DNA from: Nitrospirales bacterium
Lineage (GTDB): Bacteria; Nitrospirota; Nitrospiria; Nitrospirales; UBA8639
Assembly: GCA_963555755.3 (NCBI GenBank)
Contig: OY820905.2
Location: 4,384,001 to 4,448,000, forward strand
Direction: 5' to 3'
DNA: 64,000 nt
Below the pieces are notes generated by a model. It searched no databases, was not told the DNA's origin, and saw only the letters and a program-made list of their open reading frames with translations. The stretch's first letter is position 1, and every line of letters begins with the position of its first letter. Positions 9,752-19,192 of this stretch are shown piece after piece. The translations under genes were made by a program, and so were the position numbers.

Positions 9752-11506
9752 CCTAGAAACCGCAGTTGGATCACAAAAGTCCGCGCAAGCTCTTAGGACC
9801 TGCGAGAAAATAACTTGATCAATCTCGCATCCAATCTTCGGGCCATCTTTGAACGGGCCTCAATCGAAAAACCCTCACCATAGCTGTGCTATGCCTCGAG
9901 TGTTTCGGATCATACAGAAATTATGGTTCTAGGAGTCGCATTCGGATCAATTGCCCAATGAGTGGCGTGAAGCTCAATCCTCGTTTTTCGAGTCCCGGCC
10001 ATTGCCGGTAGCCAAAGACAAAAGGCTCTTCGCGTCACCGGGAGGGTGAATGGGTTGAATAATTCCCCGCCTGTTCCCCCCTTGGGAAAAGGGGGGCTTG
10101 GGGGGATTTTCTGATCCGGAGCAGGCAAGTTCTGCACATTTCTTGCCTCCCACAAAGCGGGTTCCCCCGGCGTGGCTGCCGATCCAACCGAAGGGGCAAA
10201 GCGGGTGCCGGCACCAACGGCCCCCATCCTGACTCGGGGGCGGCCCTAGTCGCTCAGACAGTGCAAGCTTGGTGTGTGAGGGTATGGTTATCGTAAAATC
10301 CCCCCTCCCCCCCTTTTCCAAAGGGGGAGCCTCCCGAGCACCGCTTCCCAAGGGATGTTCTTCCATCACCTGCAGAGGAGAATCTGGCCAACCGACCGAT
10401 ACGGATTGATGAAGCCCCAGAAAAATCTAGAAACCCGGATGGCTCGCCCATGAGCTCCCTGGGGGTCTAGTGGCCACAGATGGGTCCTCTATTATTGGCA
10501 CGGGGTTCCTACAAAATTCATAGAGAACCATAAATTCTGTATGATCCAGTGTTTCCCAATCGTTCCGTCCAAATCCGACCCAAATCTTGGCGCGATATTG
10601 ATCAAGTTATTTTCTCGCAGGTCCTCAGGGTCCGTCACGAAATAACCGGGACAATTGGCCGAGACGATTTTGGAGCGAGCCAAGGAGCGAAGAGCGCGCA
10701 TACCGGGAGTATGGAAGCGATGAGCGACGCCGGCGCAGCCCAAAAGCGTCCGGCCCTCCGGGGAGGCCCATCTTTGGCCCGGGGCGGCGTTGCTCCTCGG
10801 TCACAGAGCCCCGCTAGGCTCCCTCGTCGCGCCTTGCCCCGATCACAAATCTGGGCCTCCCAATTGTCCCGGTTATTTCGTGACGGACCCTTAGCGCACC
10901 TGGCAAAATAAAAAATGTCTTATCACCACCAGGGATTACCCCCCACTCTTGTCATTTCGGGAATAAATGCCAAAAAGTGTTGGGAAAGTTACAAGGAAGT
11001 TCTTCGGTGACAACACGTTACCCTAGAAACGGCAGTTGGGCGCAAAAAAGCCGTGTAAGCTATTGGTGTGCATGGTGAAATAAAAAAAGTCGCAGTCACC
11101 TTCGTGGTGATGGGACATTTTTTTATTTTGCCAGGTGCGCCAAGAGCTTGCGCGGACTTTTGTGATCCAACTGCCGTTTCTAGGGTTACGCATCTTTGTG
11201 TTGAAAGGGTTTAACAAAGGGATGCGGTGATGAGAAAGATGACAGGTGCCTCTCACGCCAAAGTCTCATGAAGACGGCTCCTAATGCGTATTCTCGATGG
11301 TATGAGTATCTCCAACCAAGATTAAAAACCAACACTATTTGGCATTTATTCCCATTTCGACCCTTGGGAGAAATCTGTGGTTCGGCAGAAGGGAGATTTC
11401 TCCCAAGGGTCGAAATGACAGACCCGAGGTGACCACGACTTTTTTTATTTCACCATGCACACCAATAGCTTACACGGCTTTTTTGCGCCCAACTGCCGTT
11501 TCTAGG
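9752..11506. mobile_element. nested MITE stack B[C[N], D, I[J[B]]]
   Basis: Outer B flanked by TTGAA/TTAAA; C 9796-10624; N 9907-10547 (8-bp TSD AGTGTTTC); D 10628-10890; I ~10950-11420; J 10959-11353 (TSD ATTTC); inner B 11022-11184 (TSD GTTAC). Confidence 0.85.
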
Positions 11507-11569
11507 TTAAAGCGTTGAGTGAGGCGGAATATTCGTCAGGGGGGCAGGACCGGGGTGATCAGAATGGCC

Positions 11570-11906
11570 TATTGAATAATAGGCAAATCTTAAAAATTCC
11601 GTTCACCTGTGACTTATCTTATGAAATGCCGAGAGCAACAGGGGATGTTCAAAAAGGTGCGCTCAGCCAGATGGTCTCCAGGCTTCCCATCTGACTTTCC
11701 CAGGGGCTCTGCCCCTAGGACGGCCCAAACAGCAGGGCCTGTGACCCCTCGAAGGGGGAACACCCCCTTCGAACATCCCCCCCACCGAGTGGTACTGACT
11801 ACTCGGTGGGCAAGGCCGCAGGCGCTTTGGCGCGCGGAGCGTACGGGCGAGTACGTGAGCACGACAAAGGGCCGAGAACGCCGCTGACGCCCTTTTTCAA
11901 CATCCC
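11570..11906 (+). mobile_element. long-form MITE A carrying a multi-hairpin insert
   Basis: A leader plus A core interrupted at CAGC^AAGG by about 140 bp (11668-11810). Confidence 0.75.
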
Positions 11907-12515
11907 TTAGAAAAAATCCATTTGAACCGGTTTGGCCGTAGACGGCGAAGGCTGGCTGTCTTCTTTGGACATGTCATCCAGAATCTGTTTGAGCTTTTGA
12001 AAGTCTTCGCGGAGCGGGGTCATGAGATTTCCCTGGTGCAGGGCGGCGGCTGGATGCAATAAAGGGAAGAGAATAAAGTCGGACAACCGAAATATTTGGC
12101 CGCGAACTTTGGTAATTCCAATTTTTCTTTCCAGCAATGTCTGCATGGCAAAGTTTCCGAGCGAGCACACCAGCTTGGGTTTGATGATCTGAATCTGCTG
12201 AAGCAAAAATGGTTTGCAGGTCTCGATTTCATCCGCTTGGGGATTGCGGTTATTGGGAGGCCGGCATTTGATGACATTGGCAATGTAAATTTCGGCACGA
12301 GACAGTCCGACGGATTCGAGCAGTTCCGTCAATAACTTCCCCGCCGCCCCCACAAACGGAACTCCCTGTTTGTCTTCATAAAATCCCGGGGCTTCGCCCA
12401 CAAACATTATAGACGCGTGCGGATTGCCCGTTCCAAAGACAACCTGTGTGCGCCCTGATTCAAGCCGACAAGCCTGGCATTCGCGTAATGATTGATCTAA
12501 TTCATCGAGATTCAT
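11907..12515 (-). CDS. udg: uracil-DNA glycosylase, family 4
   Basis: CQACRL, VGEAPG, KCRPP and HPAA motifs. Confidence 0.95.
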   Translation of the reverse strand: MNLDELDQSLRECQACRLESGRTQVVFGTGNPHASIMFVGEAPGFYEDKQGVPFVGAAGKLLTELLESVGLSRAEIYIANVIKCRPPNNRNPQADEIETCKPFLLQQIQIIKPKLVCSLGNFAMQTLLERKIGITKVRGQIFRLSDFILFPLLHPAAALHQGNLMTPLREDFQKLKQILDDMSKEDSQPSPSTAKPVQMDFF

Positions 12516-12549
12516 AGAGTCGCATCATAGGAAGCGGAGTTTCGGGTTG

Positions 12550-13896
12550 TCAATGACGCTTGTACAACTGGTTGATCATGGTTTGTGCGCACATATTCCC
12601 ACTGGCGATGGCGCTTTCCATTTCGGTCGAGGCTCCCGTGTCCGTCCAACTTCCCGCGAGGAAAAAATTGCGGATCGGGGTTTGATTGGAAGGTCGGGAC
12701 CATTCGGTTCCCGGCATGTCGGGCACAAAACCCAATGGTTGCCGGACGATGTGATAGTGGTGGAGAAGCTCTGGGTTTAAAAACGTTTGATCTGGAAAGA
12801 CGTTTTGGAGAGTTTCAACCGCACAGGCTTTGATCCGTTCGTCCGTCTCTGAGAGGAAATCGGTGTCCCCAGTTGATACGCAGGAAAGCAGAGTGGCACG
12901 GCCCTGCGATGTGTGAGTCGGACGGCACAGCGTCCAGGAAAACCGGCCGTCATGAAGGATGAGTCGAGGTGTGTTGATCGTGTGGTCCGAGATCGCATTG
13001 AAGGTCATCCTAGGAGTAACGGTGGTGTGATTTATCTGATGAAAGGATGAATATCGGGCGAGTAAACGTTCGGGGAGAAACGAGGACAACGTCGTCGGGT
13101 GGACCGCCGCGATATACGAGTCAGCCGTGTAGAGGGTTCCGTTGGATGCACTGACGCCTGTGATCTGTTCTGTCCCAGCTTGGAGGAGTTCAATGGCTGG
13201 AATGCGATGAATGGTCATACCTTGTTGTTCGAGTTGTGTGATTAGGGATTTCACGAGCAAGGTTGAAAGTTGCGGTAAGGGAGTTATCCGCGGGCTGTGA
13301 TGTCGGGATTGGAAAAAGACACGGGTCAACATGGTTGTGAAATTGCCAGCACGAGTGTGCGAAAGGCTTGTTCCTATGAGAAATCGGCATAACGGATCCC
13401 AGATCATTTTTTGAACAGGATGGGTTTGCCCGATACTGGTCAGCCAGGATTCAGCAGATTGCAGATCCAGGGAGCTCGGCAGGACGGTTGCTCCCTCCCA
13501 CACTTTCTCCAGGTAATTGAGAAGGCGCCAACGCTGGCGATACGGAAGAGCCGAAAACGTTGAGATGCCCCACAGGGTATGCCACGGGGCTGGGAGGGGA
13601 GGGGTTGGAAATCGAGCGAGCGTTGAGGACGCGGTGTTACATTCAACAGATATCCGTTTCCAGTTTGATTCTTGTTTCGATATTCCCAAGTCTCGCAATA
13701 ACGAATCAGTATGTGTGTGAGGACCATACAAGACCAAAGGGTCTGACGTTTCATTCGGAGGGGTGGGGGAAACGGGTGTTTCGTGAAGGTTATTGTTCGT
13801 CTTGAGAATGGTGACTGTGAAATCAGCAGCACAAAGCTGCCAGGCTGTGACTAATCCCGCCAGCGTATCGCCGAGGATCAGAGCATGGGGTTTCAT
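12550..13896 (-). CDS. hpnE: HpnE-like FAD-dependent hydroxysqualene dehydroxylase
   Basis: LPAPWH and FLAGSWTDTG...MESAIASG motifs; overlaps hpnD by ATGA. Confidence 0.8.
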   Translation of the reverse strand: MKPHALILGDTLAGLVTAWQLCAADFTVTILKTNNNLHETPVSPTPPNETSDPLVLYGPHTHTDSLLRDLGISKQESNWKRISVECNTASSTLARFPTPPLPAPWHTLWGISTFSALPYRQRWRLLNYLEKVWEGATVLPSSLDLQSAESWLTSIGQTHPVQKMIWDPLCRFLIGTSLSHTRAGNFTTMLTRVFFQSRHHSPRITPLPQLSTLLVKSLITQLEQQGMTIHRIPAIELLQAGTEQITGVSASNGTLYTADSYIAAVHPTTLSSFLPERLLARYSSFHQINHTTVTPRMTFNAISDHTINTPRLILHDGRFSWTLCRPTHTSQGRATLLSCVSTGDTDFLSETDERIKACAVETLQNVFPDQTFLNPELLHHYHIVRQPLGFVPDMPGTEWSRPSNQTPIRNFFLAGSWTDTGASTEMESAIASGNMCAQTMINQLYKRH

Positions 13897-14783
13897 CGTC
13901 TCATGCTAAATCGATTAGTGAGTGAGGTGCGAAGCCAACTGCTGATGGCGATGAGAATGCGTAGGGGCGTGGATAAACTGATTCGAGATTCAAACACGGC
14001 GTAGTTGGAGTGTTGGATGCGAGTGAGAATTCGGAAATACACGCCGCGCATGATTTCTGCTGCGAGCAGGGATTGCCGATCGATTCGGGACAGGGTGTCA
14101 TAGATCGCTTGGGCTTTGTCGTAAAATGCATGGGCTCGGGTGGCTTCGAACTGCATGAGCTCAAGAAATTCTGATGAGTTCGTTTTCGCGAACAGTTGCT
14201 GCTCGGTGTACTTGAATCTCGCCAGATCTTCTTGTGGCAAATAAATACGCTGACGGTCGGCATCGGCTCCAACATCTCGTAAAATATTCGTGAGTTGAAA
14301 GGCGACTCCAAGGTTGATGGCATACTCCTGAGCCCGTGGGTCTTGGGTGCCAAATACCTTGAGACAGATCAATCCTACGATCGACGCGACACGATAACAG
14401 TAGGGATAGAGTTCATCGAAGGTGGCGTATCGTGTGTGCGTTAAATCCATTTCCATGCCGGTCACGAGTTCTTGCAGGTACTCTTCGGGGATCCCAAGCT
14501 GTTTGACATGGGCGGCTAAGCTTATGGTCACCGGGTATTGAGGGGTGCCCTGATAGACGGCCTTAATCTCCTGTCGCCACTGAGAGAGTTGCTCCTGGGG
14601 TTTCGTGCCTGGGGGCGGATCATCAACTGCATTATCGACTTCGTGGCAGAAGGTATACACGGTATACATGGCCTCCCGGCGGAATCGAGGGAGGAAGTAA
14701 AATGAATAATAGAAATTGCTTCCACTCGCTTTGGTCTTCGCGGTGCAATATGCGTGTGCTTCTTCAGCAGTCATGTGGGCCAT
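13893..14783 (-). CDS. hpnD: presqualene diphosphate synthase HpnD
   Basis: SGSNFYYSF, YCYRVASIVG and QLTNILRDVGAD motifs; start may be TTG 14789. Confidence 0.88.
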   Translation of the reverse strand: MAHMTAEEAHAYCTAKTKASGSNFYYSFYFLPRFRREAMYTVYTFCHEVDNAVDDPPPGTKPQEQLSQWRQEIKAVYQGTPQYPVTISLAAHVKQLGIPEEYLQELVTGMEMDLTHTRYATFDELYPYCYRVASIVGLICLKVFGTQDPRAQEYAINLGVAFQLTNILRDVGADADRQRIYLPQEDLARFKYTEQQLFAKTNSSEFLELMQFEATRAHAFYDKAQAIYDTLSRIDRQSLLAAEIMRGVYFRILTRIQHSNYAVFESRISLSTPLRILIAISSWLRTSLTNRFSMRR

Positions 14784-14790
14784 AGTCAAA

Positions 14791-15302
14791 GAACCTGAGA
14801 TAAACTAACTTGGACAATATCGCGCCAAGATTGGGGTCGGATTTGGACGGAACGATTGAGAAAGACCCGAGGCATAGCACAGCTATGTTGAGGGTTTGTC
14901 GATTGAGGCCCGTTCAACCTAGAAACAGCAGTTGGGCGCAAAAAAGCCGTGTAAGATATTGGTGTGCATGGTGAAATACAAAAAGTCGTGGTCACCTCGG
15001 TGGTGATAAGACATTTTTGTATTTTGCGAGGAGCCTGTCCGAGATTAGCGATCGTGACGAGGGGGGGCTGGTTTGAGTCAGATGTTTCGATCGTTTGAGG
15101 CGAATAGTGGTGACTATTTAACGAGAAGGATCGAAAGATCTGGCCAAATCCAGCGCACCCGCAGTAGATCGGTCTAATCTTGGACAGGCTCCTTGGTGCG
15201 CCAAGAGCTTGCGCGGACTTTTGTGATCCAACTGCTGCTTCTAGGTTCAATGATGGCCCGAAGATTGGATGCGAGATGTCCAAGTTATTTTCTCTCAGGT
15301 CC
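14791..15302. mobile_element. nested MITEs C[B[E]]
   Basis: B 14918-15245 with TSD TTCAA inside C; E 15031-15191 inside B. Confidence 0.88.
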
Positions 15303-15402
15303 TTAGTTCGTTGATTTTTGATCGGGGGGTTATTGCCCATACTCGGTTCGAGGATTGTAACGAAAGTTGTGGAGGGAGAAAAGACTTCTGGGAGCAGGGA
15401 TA

Positions 15403-15616
15403 GGCTGAAGGCTGAAGAAGGCTGAAGGCTGAAGGCTAAAGGCTAAAGGCTGAAGCCTACCACTCAAATGCCTGACGTTTTGTATGATCCCGCATGCTTG
15501 CCTCCTCAAAGCCTTCAGCCTTCAGCCTATCCTTACATATATGCCTGACGTTTTATAAGATCCCGCATGCTTGCCTCCTCAAAGCCTTCAGCCTTCAGCC
15601 TTCTTCAGCCTTCAGT
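15403..15616. repeat. GCTGAAG/CTTCAGC inverted heptamer arrays with a ~60-bp internal duplication (related to family M)
   Basis: ATGCCTGACGTTTT...CCTTCAGCCT occurs at ~15468 and 15541. Confidence 0.8.
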
Positions 15617-16185
15617 CTCGACTGGGTTTTGAGTTGATGCTGACCGATCCATCCTGATGCGCCCGACTTGGTATGGACCAGGTAGATCCATGCATTATTG
15701 ACGAGGGCGCCATCTAAAATCGTGAGGAGCTCTCCGGCTTTGACGGAGGGGCCAGGTTGCTTCCCTTGAGCATCACCAGTCAGTTTTAAAGATGATGGTC
15801 CTGAAGGTTTGGCCATCACCATCACAAGCTGACCTTCTTGAAACGATGGCATTGGAGGTTGGGATGTTACAGCTGTGTTGGTTCCGTCAGGGCCGGGAAT
15901 GTTCGAGCCCGCATCGGAGTCCGGGGCCTTGGAACCCGGGGCTGTGATCATGCTGGTGAGGGACGAGAGTGCTCCTGGATCCATCATGAAATACCCTACG
16001 CTTGCAACCACGAGAAGCAGGAGAATCAAAACCAGCGGGCGTCGACTCGGCGGCTTGGGATCCAGATCATCCATGTCATCCAAACTATCGTCAAAATCAA
16101 GGTCCTGGTCTGCGTCCTTGGCAAAAAACAGGGGCCAAGGGCTGAAGGAACCTGGATCCAATGACATGGGAAACGTTGGATTCAT
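15595..16185 (-). CDS. membrane-anchored protein with a C-terminal SH3-like domain
   Basis: Acidic N-terminus, one TM helix, Pro/Ser linker, GELLTIL...WIYLV...GWI motif; start uncertain. Confidence 0.7.
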   Translation of the reverse strand: MNPTFPMSLDPGSFSPWPLFFAKDADQDLDFDDSLDDMDDLDPKPPSRRPLVLILLLLVVASVGYFMMDPGALSSLTSMITAPGSKAPDSDAGSNIPGPDGTNTAVTSQPPMPSFQEGQLVMVMAKPSGPSSLKLTGDAQGKQPGPSVKAGELLTILDGALVNNAWIYLVHTKSGASGWIGQHQLKTQSRLKAEEG

Positions 16186-16432
16186 GGGTGAAACCCTTCG
16201 TATGGGTTTGAGGGTGAGGCGTTGCCTATTGAGGTGGTTTCGCGTTTCGAAAAAACGTTTCCCATTGTCGATGACAATACGCGTAGGCCATACCACCCAT
16301 TCATATCATTCATCATGGGGCATGTCAATCAATGGGTGAGATCTGCGAGGCATCGTGTGTGATCCGCTTTCTGCAAAGAGTGATGTGTGTTGAGTCGAAG
16401 GGCATGATGAAATGGTGACTCGTGATGCGTAA

Positions 16433-16612
16433 GGACCTGAGAGAAAATAACTTAAACAATTTCGCGCCAAGATTTGGGTTAGATTTGGACGGAACGATTG
16501 AGAAAAACCCGAGGCATAGCACAGCTATGTTGAGGGTGTTTCGATTGAGGCCCGTTCAACGATGGCCCGAAGATTGGATGCGAAATTGTTCAAGTTATTT
16601 TCTCTCAGGTCC
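16433..16612 (+). mobile_element. MITE family C (180 bp)
   Basis: TIR GGACCTGAGAGAAAATAACTT; TSD TAA. Confidence 0.9.
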
Positions 16613-16789
16613 TAAAGGGTGATGGGAAAAATTGGAACCCTCTTTTCCTCACAGATCACGCATGATGGGTTACGCATCACGACTGCTTTTCCCTTTCCCG
16701 TTTCTTCACTGATGACGACTCAAATTGCTTGCATAACGGTCTGTCCTTATGCAAAATGCACATCACACACGGTGATCGTCGTGTCATCT

Positions 16790-16957
16790 ATGGAGTTGTA
16801 TCGAGAAGAACTGTGGGTTGAAACGAAAAACCGTCGTGCCTACATGAATATTACTCCTCAGGTTGAAGCCGTCGTCAGGAACAGTCGTATCAAAGATGGT
16901 CCGAGGTGGGATGCGAGGGGTCCATGGTATTTTTTAACAGGCCCTAAGCGCTTGTGA
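16790..16957 (+). pseudogene. yjbQ: truncated YjbQ/UPF0047 (secondary thiamine-phosphate synthase-like)
   Basis: MELYREELWVETKNRRAYMNITPQVEAVVRNSRIKDG, then similarity is lost. Confidence 0.7.
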
Positions 16958-17045
16958 TTCCTCAGACACATACCGAAGAATACTGAGATGTTGAGTGCTG
17001 AATCCGTTCATTTGAACCAGACACTGTGCTTGCGAGGAAGATAGC

Positions 17046-18059
17046 ATGTCGAGTTGGTATCGCCCCGATCCGTTAACACGGGATTTGATTCATTTAATCA
17101 ATGCCCGGCGTCATGATCATGGGGATTCTGAACTAGCCCTTGAAGTGCTACAGGCTCTACTTGAACAGGAACGGGAACATGAGGTGTTGACCGTCCTGGC
17201 CGCGCTGGATGAAGAAATGGCGGAATGGCTGTTTGATCTCCTCGCCGAAGCCTCGTGTTCCGTGATGATCGATGGCGATCCAGATGATAAACCGGCCTAT
17301 GCTGTGCTCGGTGCCATTGAGTTACCGCTTCAGGCGAATTTGCCGAGTCCGCTTCAGTTGAAATTACAGCCCGAACGCACGGCTGATTTATTGAGAGAAT
17401 GTCTCCACATTCCACCAGGGACGGTGGTGACGGTGGAACGTCGTTTGTTGACGGACACGACGCTGGATTTTTTAAGTCTTCAAAAAATTTACGATCATGT
17501 GTCCGCGATTGCCAGTTCGCATCGTCGCCAACCGGTGGCAGCTCGCCTGCATCCTCCCGTCGAGTCCACGGCATTTTTATTTTTCGAACTCATCGGCGCT
17601 GGAGATTCCTCGCTGCCGGAAACATTAGAAGAAAAAGACCGAGAGGCGCTGATCCAAGACTTAGTGGCTCAATGCTCGGAAATTGCGTTGGCGCCCAATT
17701 CCCTCGAAGCGCCGGTGTATGCCGCCTATGCGATGTTTGATGCGCAAAATGCCGTGCGACTGCATCGGTTAGCAGATGAAACTGCAGCCGTGTGGCATGA
17801 TCTCGACCCACCTGTTCGTAGCCGAACGATTGTGCATCTTCATACCCAATGCGGAAATGGCGTGTATATGCCAGTGTGGACCGACTTATTCGATCCTGAA
17901 CTTCCTGAAGATTATGGCCCAATCTGGACCTCGCCCGATGTCTGGGTCTTTACCGCCGACCTGCCTATTGAATGGCCGGGAGAAATGTTAACGAATCGAC
18001 TCCTCGCCGAAGGCTGCACCCGATTCGAAAACCACATTGTCGAAGCCCAAGATAATTAA
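17046..18059 (+). CDS. hypothetical acidic protein
   Basis: 337-aa ORF with GAGGA RBS; no family confidently recognised. Confidence 0.85.
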   Translation: MSSWYRPDPLTRDLIHLINARRHDHGDSELALEVLQALLEQEREHEVLTVLAALDEEMAEWLFDLLAEASCSVMIDGDPDDKPAYAVLGAIELPLQANLPSPLQLKLQPERTADLLRECLHIPPGTVVTVERRLLTDTTLDFLSLQKIYDHVSAIASSHRRQPVAARLHPPVESTAFLFFELIGAGDSSLPETLEEKDREALIQDLVAQCSEIALAPNSLEAPVYAAYAMFDAQNAVRLHRLADETAAVWHDLDPPVRSRTIVHLHTQCGNGVYMPVWTDLFDPELPEDYGPIWTSPDVWVFTADLPIEWPGEMLTNRLLAEGCTRFENHIVEAQDN

Positions 18060-18073
18060 TCGATTTAATTCTC

Positions 18074-18193
18074 CAAAATTGGGGCCATCAAATTTGGGGT
18101 CAGACTCGATTAAATTACACGATCGACCGTTCACAAAATTGGGGCCATCAAATTTGGGGTCAGACTCGATTAAATTACACGATCGACCGTTCA
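18074..18193. repeat. exact 60-bp tandem duplication containing the REP-like GGGGTCAGACTCGATTAAAT
   Basis: 18074-18133 is identical to 18134-18193. Confidence 0.95.
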
Positions 18194-18195
18194 GG

Positions 18196-19041
18196 CTAAT
18201 GACGGGCTGCGATTCTGAGTGGCTCTAACAATTTCTCAGTGACTTTCAAGTCACCTCTCCCCCTTCCAACTTGGATATCTGGTTTGGCAGTGCCGTGAAA
18301 GTCACTGCCGCCGGTCATCAGGAGATCGAGCTTTCTGGCCAGCTCCAGGTACTCCGACGTTTGGCGCTTTGTATGAGTCCCGTAAAACACTTCGATGCCC
18401 ATGAGCCCGGCTTCCTTTAATGTGCTGCACATCACTTCTAACTCCTTCCCTTTTCGTCTGGTCCAATGTGGATGGGCTAACACCGGCACACCGCCTGCTT
18501 CACGAATCCAGGCAATGGCTTCGCGTGAATCCGGTAGCTCGCGTAATACATACGCAGGGCCGCCTTCGGCAAGGTAGCGGTCGAAGGCTTCTTTCGTTGA
18601 GTTGACGTACCCTTTGTCCACTAACACGCCGGCGATGTGTGGGCGGCCAACCGAGCCCCCTCCTGCCTTGGCTGTGACATCCTCATAGGAAAGTTCCAAA
18701 CCCAGGTGATTGAGTTTTTCTACGATGCGAGGATTGCGTTCATGACGGCTTGCTTGTTGGTGAGTAAGCCGGGTGTGTAATGTTGGATCCTGCCAATCGA
18801 AAAAATATCCCAGGATGTGCGTTTCCCGACCGTCAAACCGTGAACTCAATTCGATTCCTGGAATGATTTCAATGCCAACGGTTGCTCCGGCTTCCATGGC
18901 TTCGGGGATGCCCTTGACAATGTCATGGTCCGTAATGGCCAGGGCCGTCACGCCAGCTTCGTGAGCGAATTGAATGACTTCAGCGGGGAAATGACTGCCA
19001 TCCGAATAGGTCGTGTGGAGGTGTAAGTCAATGCATGCCAT
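18196..19041 (-). CDS. PHP-domain phosphoesterase (TrpH-like)
   Basis: DLHLHTTYSDG, AITDHD, VLAHP and GGSDFHG motifs. Confidence 0.93.
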   Translation of the reverse strand: MACIDLHLHTTYSDGSHFPAEVIQFAHEAGVTALAITDHDIVKGIPEAMEAGATVGIEIIPGIELSSRFDGRETHILGYFFDWQDPTLHTRLTHQQASRHERNPRIVEKLNHLGLELSYEDVTAKAGGGSVGRPHIAGVLVDKGYVNSTKEAFDRYLAEGGPAYVLRELPDSREAIAWIREAGGVPVLAHPHWTRRKGKELEVMCSTLKEAGLMGIEVFYGTHTKRQTSEYLELARKLDLLMTGGSDFHGTAKPDIQVGRGRGDLKVTEKLLEPLRIAARH

Positions 19042-19069
19042 GATACTGTCCCTATCCCTAAATCGTTAC

Positions 19070-19192
19070 TACTCAGGTATTGAGGCTGAAGACTGAAGGC
19101 TATCGCTCATAATGCCAGAAGTTTTGTATGCTCACGCATGATTGGTACCTAAAAGTCTTCGGCCTTCAGCCTTCAGTCTATCCACCTGAGCA
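19070..19192. mobile_element. MITE family M
   Basis: TIR TACTCAGG/CCTGAGCA; TSD GTTAC; second copy at 45547-45655. Confidence 0.75.

Noticed and set aside
9910..11887. Cluster of short ORFs
   Set aside because: All are translations of palindromic repeats, with no recognisable domains.
16433..16612. Element-plus-TSD lengths being multiples of three (C 183, B 168, E 165, G 144) as selection for in-frame insertion
   Set aside because: D (266) and F (160) do not fit, the sample is small, and no clean in-frame insertion within a protein is seen.
18074..18193. CRISPR repeat-spacer unit
   Set aside because: The whole 60 bp is duplicated exactly, so it is a tandem duplication.
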